From the IMG/VR virus record IMGVR_UViG_3300021138_000016, positions 14,143 to 78,142 of that record: a stretch of 64,000 nt of DNA. One strand, given 5' to 3'. This document shows positions 30,414-38,740 of the stretch, piece by piece. The translations under genes were made by a program, and so were the position numbers. This DNA is from a virus. Every line of letters begins with the position of its first letter. Positions within the stretch are counted from its first letter, which is position 1. Below the pieces are notes generated by a model, which saw only the letters and a program-made list of their open reading frames with translations, did not search any database and had not been told where the DNA came from.

Positions 30414-31183
30414 TATGTAAGCCCTATTTGTTTTAATTCTTGTGCAAAAGCCCTAAATGTATTGTCTTTTGAATAACACCCATAAAGAACACTTAACCCT
30501 TTAAATATGTACTCATACGCATTTGTTTCCCACTCTGTTTCTATTGTTGTTTCGGGGTTATAAACAAATGTATCATCGGGTTGTTGTATGTATCCTAATG
30601 AATAAGTATTTTCATTGCGAAGATACCTAATTTCTACCGAAGTTAAATCGTATGGGCAAACTTTTAAGTTACTGTCAAAAAAGCAACCTATTGGGTCTTT
30701 GTATGTCGGATAGTCAAAATTATCTGTTGTACGGTAATCCCATTCATTTTGGTCTACGATTACGATTGGTCTGCTTTGGCATCCTGCTTTTGCTACGCTT
30801 ATTTTAAATTCTTGTAGTTTTTGTTGTTGGGTTTGAAATGGCTTCCCCTCCTTTTCTTCTTTTGTTTCGTATGTGCCACATTCCCCCGAAAAATCATTTT
30901 TTACTGTTACCCCTGCGCTTAAAAAGTTTCTGCAATCATTGGGTATTACTATCATCCCATTAGTTACGGGTATAGATACTTTTACCATAAAAGGACGTGC
31001 TATATCTATTATGCGTTGATTTGTAGGGAATAACTCTGCTACTTTAGATAACAGCCAAGAACTGACTGTATTATACATTGCTGAATATATCGAAGGGGGC
31101 AAGAACTGATTGAAGTCTTGATTCGATACAGCCAACAATGAAGTAAGCATATTGTTAAGACTAGATTTGTTCTCTGATGCCAT
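30413..31183 (-). CDS. Head-tail adaptor/tail tubular protein
   Basis: VEIRYLR...YNP...ETEW pattern typical of crAss-like ring proteins; position. Confidence 0.65.
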   Translation of the reverse strand: MASENKSSLNNMLTSLLAVSNQDFNQFLPPSIYSAMYNTVSSWLLSKVAELFPTNQRIIDIARPFMVKVSIPVTNGMIVIPNDCRNFLSAGVTVKNDFSGECGTYETKEEKEGKPFQTQQQKLQEFKISVAKAGCQSRPIVIVDQNEWDYRTTDNFDYPTYKDPIGCFFDSNLKVCPYDLTSVEIRYLRNENTYSLGYIQQPDDTFVYNPETTIETEWETNAYEYIFKGLSVLYGCYSKDNTFRAFAQELKQIGLT

Positions 31184-31196
31184 TATTTAATATTTA

Positions 31197-32282
31197 TTAA
31201 CAAGATAATCCCGTGTTGTTGCCTATTAATCCTGTTGATGGATTGATGCTGTAAATACTTCCCCCTACGCCTGTTGTAACACCTAAGAACCCTGTAACGG
31301 GAACTGTCAATGCGTTATCGTAATATAAAGTAACACCCGTAGCAATAGGTTTTGAAGAATACAATGTAATTGGGGTTTGTCCACAAACAGTATAGATAGT
31401 ACTTCCTAAAAGATAACTTCTACTGTAAACAGAACTAAATTGTGAAGCATAGAACGTTTGTACCAAGTTATTTAGTGTCGCCGCTAAATTTATATTAAAC
31501 GCTGATTGAGAAGTGCTTGAAGGGTATGTAGTTGTATTTACATTGTGATTATAGTCTATTGTCTGTAATGATATAGATTGCCCTATTGTAACTTCCAATG
31601 CGGTCAAAGAACATATATAATTTATAATTGCTTGCAATACCGCTACCAAACTTGTGCTTGTGCTTTGGAAAGGTACAGTCATTGGGCTACCATTAACAAT
31701 CAGAACTACCGATACGGGGTTGTTTGCATTGCCATTTGTTAGAATATTAAAATAGCCCCCACTTGTACTATTTGAATAACTTGTTTGGTATGTGCCAAGT
31801 CCTAAACCATTTAGCCAAGCCAATATGTCAGACGAATCTGAAACTAAATAAGGTGTTGGTGCTGTATGTGTCGTTGCCCCAATTAATATGCTTTGTATTT
31901 GCGCTGCATTACTAGGTACTGATTGTGATAAGAAGTAATTAGTAGAAGATAGGTTTATAACACATCCCCCGTTAAGATTAGCAAGGTTTATAGCATTTGA
32001 TTGTGTTACCAATGCGTTTAATTGCGCTTCCAAAACCCCTGTTGTATCTGCCGCTATTGCAGCAAGGATATAAGATGCCAATTTTGTATAATTCCAAGAA
32101 ATAAGGTATTGTACATTATTTGGGATTGCGGTATTTAGTGTTATCTCAAATGCCAAATCGCTATTGTTAGCTTTCGCCACTTGATACGAACTAGATTGTA
32201 TCTCAAATTGGGTAGTACTACCTACTGGTTCACTTGTAACGGTTGTAGCCCCTGCACCTATGATATTTACATTTTGTGGCAT
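31197..32282 (-). CDS. Putative head fibre/structural protein
   Basis: Ser/Thr/Asn-rich; C-terminal GVTLYYDNALTVP beta module. Confidence 0.5.
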   Translation of the reverse strand: MPQNVNIIGAGATTVTSEPVGSTTQFEIQSSSYQVAKANNSDLAFEITLNTAIPNNVQYLISWNYTKLASYILAAIAADTTGVLEAQLNALVTQSNAINLANLNGGCVINLSSTNYFLSQSVPSNAAQIQSILIGATTHTAPTPYLVSDSSDILAWLNGLGLGTYQTSYSNSTSGGYFNILTNGNANNPVSVVLIVNGSPMTVPFQSTSTSLVAVLQAIINYICSLTALEVTIGQSISLQTIDYNHNVNTTTYPSSTSQSAFNINLAATLNNLVQTFYASQFSSVYSRSYLLGSTIYTVCGQTPITLYSSKPIATGVTLYYDNALTVPVTGFLGVTTGVGGSIYSINPSTGLIGNNTGLSC

Positions 32283-32288
32283 ATCTTA

Positions 32289-33263
32289 TTAATAAAATTG
32301 GTTTTGATTATTGCAATTACAATTTAGTATGTCTTGCATTATTTTTATTTGGGAAGAAGCATCTTGCCCTATTGATTCCAATGCTTGTGCTATTGCCAAA
32401 GGTACAGTTATTTGTTGTAGTTTCTGATAGGCGTTTTGTCCTATTGCATTATTACAGTTAGCCTTGTATATTTCTTGTTGTTGAAGTATGCAGCATATAA
32501 CACTTTGTACTGCATTATTACAAGTAACGTCATAAGGCTGATTGGTATAATAAGAAACCAATACATAAGTATCTGTCCCAACTAGATAGGTAGCAGTAGT
32601 CGTGTTCACTATCCTAAATTCCCCCGAAACAACAGAATTATTTACAAAGGGGGTAAAAGTAAATGGAACGGGAGAAATAGTACCTACGGGGTAATATAAT
32701 TCACCCGAAACCACTTTACTTGTAGGAATGGTGTTTTGATAGAACAACGGCGTAATTTCTGTAACCGTCAATGCGTTTGTTTGGCAATTAGGCGTAATTG
32801 TGAAAGCCCCCTGTGAATATCCCGTAGATAAAAACAAAGGCGGTTTACTTACCGTTGCTACCATTGGTGTAGTTTGGTAAATAGTGCCATCTTGGTCTTT
32901 TATCGCCCCTTGAATAATATAATCTTGAAATAAGAATGGGTAATTAACAGAAGATAAATCTAATGTAAATGTACTTTCCCCCATATATACAGGTTCGTTA
33001 TCTGTACTTGGGTGTGGGATTTGTGGGCTTGTCCAATTATAAGACAAAAGAACTATCCCCGAACTATCTTGCAAGGAAAAGCAAATACCCTGTACATTCA
33101 AAGCCCCACCACTCTTAAAAATAGTAAGTTGTGAAATATCAAATACAACTACCCTATTAAGTATGTCAAAAGTAGTTGAAAACCCAAATTGGGATATATT
33201 AGGAGAATCTATTTGTACTTGTGGCACTTGTGTTAATTTTTGCTGTAAAATAATAAAGGGCAT
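32289..33263 (-). CDS. Putative structural protein (true start may be GTG at 33227)
   Basis: Beta-rich with a Cys-containing helical C-terminus. The annotated ATG lies inside a hairpin. Confidence 0.55.
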   Translation of the reverse strand: MPFIILQQKLTQVPQVQIDSPNISQFGFSTTFDILNRVVVFDISQLTIFKSGGALNVQGICFSLQDSSGIVLLSYNWTSPQIPHPSTDNEPVYMGESTFTLDLSSVNYPFLFQDYIIQGAIKDQDGTIYQTTPMVATVSKPPLFLSTGYSQGAFTITPNCQTNALTVTEITPLFYQNTIPTSKVVSGELYYPVGTISPVPFTFTPFVNNSVVSGEFRIVNTTTATYLVGTDTYVLVSYYTNQPYDVTCNNAVQSVICCILQQQEIYKANCNNAIGQNAYQKLQQITVPLAIAQALESIGQDASSQIKIMQDILNCNCNNQNQFY

Positions 33264-33281
33264 CCGAAATTAGATGCCCTT
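33246..33281 (-). terminator. Intrinsic terminator/attenuator after the capsid genes
   Basis: Stem aagggcatc (33256-33264) / gatgccctt (33273-33281), followed by TATTATTTT on the minus strand. Confidence 0.6.
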
Positions 33282-33319
33282 CAAATCTTTTCGGGAATTA
33301 CTAGCGTAATATTTTAAGA

Positions 33320-33916
33320 CTACGAACTACAAGCCCCAAGATAAACCGTATCTGTACCTTGCACCAAACTTTGGAATTGGGTGTAAGTATAGTAGCTTTG
33401 AATTGTGTAGTGGGATGTGTTACTAAAGTTACTTCTCATAACCGCAGTACCTACATATAAACCTACATAATCATCTGCGAAAGCATCGTGCGCCCCTGCA
33501 CTACCATCATCATTACGATAAATACACAAAGAGTTTATTGAAAGGGGAGTGAAAGCAGGTGCATTACCTCCGTATAAGTTGGCAACAATAGTTGGGACAG
33601 TACCGCAACACGCATCACACGCTTGTTGAAATACCGCTATTGACGTAGCATCAATCATCACATCTTGACCGTCTTGTTCTATCCAAAAACCTTGCAATGT
33701 ATTAGCGTCCAACAACTCGTCAGACGTTGGTTGGAACGTTGGTTCATACAAGATTATTGTGCCATCACCGGGAGCAAGGATTCTCTTTAACCAAACAGGT
33801 CTTGGAGAAAACGCTTGTAAGCGTTCACAGTTTATAGATATGGTAACCCCTTGACCCCCAACGTAGGAGTTCATCGTACCATTGTAAATGACGTAAGCGT
33901 TGATTAAATTTGCCAT
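33320..33916 (-). CDS. Putative auxiliary capsid/decoration protein
   Basis: Co-transcribed with the MCP, upstream of the terminator. Confidence 0.45.
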   Translation of the reverse strand: MANLINAYVIYNGTMNSYVGGQGVTISINCERLQAFSPRPVWLKRILAPGDGTIILYEPTFQPTSDELLDANTLQGFWIEQDGQDVMIDATSIAVFQQACDACCGTVPTIVANLYGGNAPAFTPLSINSLCIYRNDDGSAGAHDAFADDYVGLYVGTAVMRSNFSNTSHYTIQSYYTYTQFQSLVQGTDTVYLGACSS

Positions 33917-33935
33917 TGTATTTGATATTTATAAT

Positions 33936-34934
33936 TTATTTAAACTGTTTTGCTACTATTTGATTCAACTTGATTATTGCTTCAAAAATGTCGGCATCCA
34001 AATAATTCTCAAAGACGTAATCCAACATCCCTTCTCCCTTTGCAGGAATATCTTTCAATAGAACTTCTTTTTTTGATTTACCTACTACTATTTCACCGTC
34101 AGTAGTCAAATCTAAGAAGTTGTTGTCAGACTTAATCTTTTCAAACAAAGCGGATACATCTCCTTTGTACTTAGTAACTCCGTTTATAATAATTTCGGGT
34201 TCTTTATCAGCAAGTTTCTTTAAGTGGCTAAACTTGTTTTCATCTGCCACCGTATTGTCTCCTGCACCGTACAATATACTATAAAGGTTCTTTACCTTGT
34301 TTCTAGTGTTATCCAAACCAGCTTCGTTTACTATTTTCAACGCCTCGAATTTAGAATCTAAGAATGATTCGTTTTCTGATTCAACAAATTCATCTTTGTA
34401 TTCTTCAAACATAGAGTTGAAGTGTCTTGGGTCTTTACTTACACTATTCTTGTTGTATGGGCTTGCTTTTAAAAATTGAATCTTATAAGGTTCAATATCT
34501 TCATCAAACTCGTTTACTCCACTTGTTAGCGTAATAAAGAAGGCATCTGCTGAACTAGCATCATTATCATTAATGTTTTTATCTGCATTAAGGATAAGGT
34601 TTTGATACTGCGTGTCCAATGTGGCGTAAGATTGAAGAAATCTAACGGGTATCAAACTACCTTGTGGGTCTCCCCATTTAAGTATCTTGATTTTCCCCGA
34701 ATAGTTAGTGTCTTTGACATCTAATACCTTTTCGGGGATTTTACCGTTTTTATCCAATCTTACCGCCCATATATCGGCAGAGTTTGGAATCCCTACGGAT
34801 TGCGGTTGTAACGTGTATTGCGTTTTTGTGCCGCTGTCCGTAACTGATTGCCCACTATTCTTTTCAATGAACTGTCCTGTCAATGTTGCAGGTCTATCAC
34901 CCGCACCTGCGAATACTTTGTACTTCTGTCCCAT
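33936..34934 (-). CDS. Conserved protein downstream of the MCP (crAss-like)
   Basis: FLKASPYN...FEE motif and synteny. Confidence 0.5.
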   Translation of the reverse strand: MGQKYKVFAGAGDRPATLTGQFIEKNSGQSVTDSGTKTQYTLQPQSVGIPNSADIWAVRLDKNGKIPEKVLDVKDTNYSGKIKILKWGDPQGSLIPVRFLQSYATLDTQYQNLILNADKNINDNDASSADAFFITLTSGVNEFDEDIEPYKIQFLKASPYNKNSVSKDPRHFNSMFEEYKDEFVESENESFLDSKFEALKIVNEAGLDNTRNKVKNLYSILYGAGDNTVADENKFSHLKKLADKEPEIIINGVTKYKGDVSALFEKIKSDNNFLDLTTDGEIVVGKSKKEVLLKDIPAKGEGMLDYVFENYLDADIFEAIIKLNQIVAKQFK

Positions 34935-34972
34935 TTTATTCTTTTAGTTTATTTTTTTAGCTTGTTTGAATC

Positions 34973-36466
34973 CTAGTTATAAACGTTACCCCTAGAAATC
35001 ATACCCAACTGTGTTGGCTTGTGTATTTCAAGACCGAAACTGTCTTTTGCAAATACTGATGCGATACGACCACCTTCATTTCTGAAATCGTGCATCCATA
35101 CCTTTTGGTCTTTTGCAGGTTCAGCACCTTGAATATTAACATAGTTCATAATTGGAACTCTGTTGCCATCTGTATCAGTGTAAGCCTTTGCAGGAAGTAA
35201 TGCTGCAAAATATTCCAAAGGACGACCTAATTGGTAATCATCGAAAGCATCCATTTGATAAGTAAGGAAATGGTAGTTATTCCAAGAGAAATTACCAAAG
35301 TTAAAATATTCAAACTCTCTCATTCCTTCACCACCTTCACCAAACAATCTGTATTGGTAGTTTTGGTTGTAGTTACGAACCAATGCTGCGATTGCTTCGC
35401 TCCAATCTAAGCCAAAGTTGAAGTCGTGAATCATAAAGTAATCAGTAGAACCATTTACTTTACGAAGTGATTTGATAATAGAGAACAACAATGATTTGAA
35501 AGAACCACCCAAGAATTGGTCGTATGCGTAGTTGAATAACCCGTATTTTCTGATAGTTGGAATCAAACCATCGAAATCTTGGTCTAATTGGCTATCGTGT
35601 TGGTTGAACAAGGTTCTCATAATACGGTTTTGAGTAATCCAAGTTTCAACTTCCATTGACAATTGTGGGATATAGAAATAATCTATTGTGTTACCGTTTG
35701 CATCAAGACCCTTTGCAATCATAATGTCCTTGTCATAGATGTAGTTATCTATTTCAGATTCATCCACGTCAATACGTTGCTCATATTTTTGTACTTGTGA
35801 AGCATACAATACAGGTGGGTTCTTAACGATACCTTGACCTTGTATTTGATTTGCAGGGTATGGGTTTTGTACCGATTCGGGTTGATACTTAGTGTTAGTG
35901 TAGTTACGCATTGCGTTCATAACTACTGTATATTGACCTCTTACTGTAAGGTCTAACACTTGGTTATTGATTGGTTGCAATGTTACTGCATAGTTACCTG
36001 CCGAAGTGGTAGTAACGTTTGTGATAGTAACTACTTGTTGGTTGTTTTCTTTGATGATTGCTTTCAATCCAACTTCGGGTTTTGCAAACACACCGTTTTG
36101 GCTCAAAGAAGAACGACTGATATTAACAGTTACAGGAACACCTGCTGGCGGTACAGAGCCACTTGCTTTCAAGATAGCAAAAGAGAATGTTTGGAATTGG
36201 TCGTATTCAGCCCACCAAAACTTTCTTGACTTAACCATTTTAGTGTCAGAACCCAATTTAGATTGAAGTTGTGACAACAACCCCCAAATAGAAGTTTTAG
36301 GATAAGGCAACACGGGAGCAATATTCCCATTAGCACCCCTTCTTATACTTGGTTGATAAGCAACTTGCTTCAACGGGTCATAGAAAGTCAAAGGTGTTTG
36401 ACCTTGTATTACTTGGTCGATACTGAACGACCCTGCTTCTGAAAAAAACTGATTCTGATTTGCCAT
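34973..36466 (-). CDS. Major capsid protein (HK97 fold, crAss-like)
   Basis: KFWWAE, FDGLIPTIRKYG and NFGNFSWNNYHF match recalled crAss-like/Flavobacteria-phage MCP motifs; follows the scaffold gene. Confidence 0.85.
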   Translation of the reverse strand: MANQNQFFSEAGSFSIDQVIQGQTPLTFYDPLKQVAYQPSIRRGANGNIAPVLPYPKTSIWGLLSQLQSKLGSDTKMVKSRKFWWAEYDQFQTFSFAILKASGSVPPAGVPVTVNISRSSLSQNGVFAKPEVGLKAIIKENNQQVVTITNVTTTSAGNYAVTLQPINNQVLDLTVRGQYTVVMNAMRNYTNTKYQPESVQNPYPANQIQGQGIVKNPPVLYASQVQKYEQRIDVDESEIDNYIYDKDIMIAKGLDANGNTIDYFYIPQLSMEVETWITQNRIMRTLFNQHDSQLDQDFDGLIPTIRKYGLFNYAYDQFLGGSFKSLLFSIIKSLRKVNGSTDYFMIHDFNFGLDWSEAIAALVRNYNQNYQYRLFGEGGEGMREFEYFNFGNFSWNNYHFLTYQMDAFDDYQLGRPLEYFAALLPAKAYTDTDGNRVPIMNYVNIQGAEPAKDQKVWMHDFRNEGGRIASVFAKDSFGLEIHKPTQLGMISRGNVYN

Positions 36467-36493
36467 TGTTTGTTATTTAAACTGTTTTTATAT

Positions 36494-37528
36494 TTATTTA
36501 CCAAAACGCTCCCTTGCGGCTGCTATTTTTCTGTTACTTTCTTCTAAAGCATCTGCATCAAATTTCCTTACAGGGGGCTGACCGCTTTGTTGTGTTCCAA
36601 AAAGGTTTTCTGCACCTATTGTAGAACCGTTTTTTACTCCTATACCTTTACCCACTTCGTAAGACCTATTAACTACCCTATCGTAGTTGTTCAATTTGAT
36701 AAACCCTTGTATTTTAGATGCTATCTTTTCTTTTACTGCATCACGGCTATCTTTATTTGTAAGGTATTGGTATAGTGTCTTTTCGTTTTTGAAGGACTTT
36801 TCAATTTCCTTCTTTTGTTCCTTAGTCAATTCTATATCAATATCTACATCTACTTCGCCGTCTTTTACTTTTGCTACTAACTTATCTGTTACAGTAGTTT
36901 CAATTATATCGTCAATGAACTTATTAAATGCGGGGTATTCTGTTCTTAGGGTTTTGTTTTCATCGTATCTGCTTTTTGCAGTACCAAACTTTTCTTCAAG
37001 TGGCTTTCTTAATTCTGCTGCTTCTTTTGCAATCTTTTGTTCCCAACGTGCTTTTTGTTTGTCATTAGAAGCATTTAGGTGGTATTCTTCTTCAAAGTCT
37101 TGCTTTGCTTGTTCCCTTGCTTCTTTTGCATCGTAATCGGGATTTTCTTCTTGCCAAGCCTTCAAGTAGTTTTCAAAAACCAAGTCTGTATCTGATTTTG
37201 ATTTTAGACTTTCATAGGTGTTAATTTCTTCAACCCCCATTATATCTTCGTCAGTAGAAAACTTAATGAAATCCGCTTTTTCTTTTTCTTGTTCCCTCTT
37301 TATTTGTTCGGGGGATTTGCTTGTTTCTTTTACTTTAGCAAAATATTCGTTTGCCGCTTCAATACTATCAAACCCCCACCCTTTTATTACATCTTCGCTA
37401 AAAGTAGGTTTTACTACTTCTTGTGGTTGTTCTGCGACTATTGGTGTTTCTACTATTTCAGTAGTACTGCTGCCGTTACCGCCTTCCCCTTCTTCTGTAT
37501 TATAAAAAAAACGACTTTTAAAAAGCAT
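36494..37528 (-). CDS. Scaffolding protein (start revised to ATG 37528, MLFKSRFF)
   Basis: Acidic coiled-coil protein directly upstream of the MCP. The ORF-track extension to 37723 overlaps a plus-strand gene. Confidence 0.7.
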   Translation of the reverse strand: MLFKSRFFYNTEEGEGGNGSSTTEIVETPIVAEQPQEVVKPTFSEDVIKGWGFDSIEAANEYFAKVKETSKSPEQIKREQEKEKADFIKFSTDEDIMGVEEINTYESLKSKSDTDLVFENYLKAWQEENPDYDAKEAREQAKQDFEEEYHLNASNDKQKARWEQKIAKEAAELRKPLEEKFGTAKSRYDENKTLRTEYPAFNKFIDDIIETTVTDKLVAKVKDGEVDVDIDIELTKEQKKEIEKSFKNEKTLYQYLTNKDSRDAVKEKIASKIQGFIKLNNYDRVVNRSYEVGKGIGVKNGSTIGAENLFGTQQSGQPPVRKFDADALEESNRKIAAARERFGK

Positions 37529-37579
37529 ACATTTGTTTAAATGATTACACAAAGTTGGTACAGTTTGTAATTTTAATAC

Positions 37580-37587
37580 TATCTTTG
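37580..37587 (+). promoter_or_regulatory. Bacteroidota -7 promoter element TATCTTTG
   Basis: Matches TAnnTTTG, 18 nt upstream of ATG 37606. Confidence 0.6.
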
Positions 37588-37605
37588 TCGGACATAAATT
37601 TTTAT

Positions 37606-37833
37606 ATGTCAGATACAACGCCCCGTAGGATATACCTAAGAGTAAGTGAATTTGAATGGAGGAAGTTTCAAAGACTAAAAGACAATGGCATTGGCGCAAG
37701 AGAGATTTTTGAAATAATATCAAATCAATGTTTATGCGAAAAGTGCAATAAGATAGAAATGGTTGCGTTTAATAAAGAAAATGGAGAACCTATAATAATC
37801 CCCAATAAAATTTTAACTAAAAGAAATAGATAA
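37606..37833 (+). CDS. Ribbon-helix-helix-like DNA-binding protein with CxCxxC
   Basis: RRIYLRVSEFEWRKFQRL strand-helix pattern; CLCEKC. Confidence 0.5.
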   Translation: MSDTTPRRIYLRVSEFEWRKFQRLKDNGIGAREIFEIISNQCLCEKCNKIEMVAFNKENGEPIIIPNKILTKRNR

Positions 37834-38051
37834 TGAAAATAGAAATAGAACAAGCAGAATACGATAAGCTAAAAGAAAGAATAGCTTGTTTAGAAGGGGA
37901 TACCCTTATTTATAAAATGAAAATAGAGGCATTAACTAAAAAGTATGAATTTATTTACAAAAATGCTTCTGAAAATTTAAAGAACAAAGTAACTTTTGAC
38001 CGACAATTTATCCCAAGTTTTAGTGACATTTTTAAAGCATTAAAAAGATGA
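37833..38051 (+). CDS. Small coiled-coil hypothetical protein
   Basis: 72 aa, translationally coupled. Confidence 0.6.
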   Translation: MKIEIEQAEYDKLKERIACLEGDTLIYKMKIEALTKKYEFIYKNASENLKNKVTFDRQFIPSFSDIFKALKR

Positions 38052-38740
38052 AAAAAGCAATAGAACTAGCAAAGAAGATAACTCTTAATATAGGGGTAGA
38101 TAATACAGAACTACTTACTGATTACAACTTCCACAAAATATTTGAGCCTATATTAGAAACAAGCGAACCCCACTTAATAAAGAACACCCTTATAGCAGCA
38201 ATAATATATGGCTATGACAATGATAGTAAATGGATAGATACTAGACTAGATGGGATTACTAACAATAAAAACATCCTTAAAGGTTTAAATGCTGACTTTA
38301 AAAACCCCACTTTAATAGAGTTTATAAACTTACAGCACGAACCATCTTTAGAATGTATTGGGAATTTCTTGGATAGACTACCTGACTGGCGTTTTCGCCA
38401 CATAAGGCGTTTGTTAGATTCTTATACTACTACTATGAATCAAGCATCCCCCGATGTTTCAGAAGTTGATGCCGAAAAAGTTGCAATGGTTTTTGTTAAT
38501 TGGGGGAAAGCAATGGAATCTGCAAAAAGACAAATGTATGATTCACAAGAAATGCTTAAAGAGATTGAACGTGATTATCTAGCAACTAACTCTAAAACAG
38601 AAAGTGATTTGGGAGAACCATTTACAACCAAGACATTACAAATGTTTGAAGAAGAAAATACAAAACGAGATGCAATGAGTTGGAATCAATACGTTAGAAC
38701 CGTAGTTATTCCTAAAAGAAAAAATCCCCCTATTGTATAG
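38048..38740 (+). CDS. Hypothetical helical protein (possible terminase small subunit-like)
   Basis: IIYGYDNDSKW resembles a conserved crAss-like packaging-region gene; weak. Confidence 0.45.
   Translation: MKKAIELAKKITLNIGVDNTELLTDYNFHKIFEPILETSEPHLIKNTLIAAIIYGYDNDSKWIDTRLDGITNNKNILKGLNADFKNPTLIEFINLQHEPSLECIGNFLDRLPDWRFRHIRRLLDSYTTTMNQASPDVSEVDAEKVAMVFVNWGKAMESAKRQMYDSQEMLKEIERDYLATNSKTESDLGEPFTTKTLQMFEEENTKRDAMSWNQYVRTVVIPKRKNPPIV

Noticed and set aside
37529-37723. N-terminal extension of the scaffold ORF to 409 aa
   Set aside because: Overlaps a plus-strand promoter and gene; ATG at 37528 fits better
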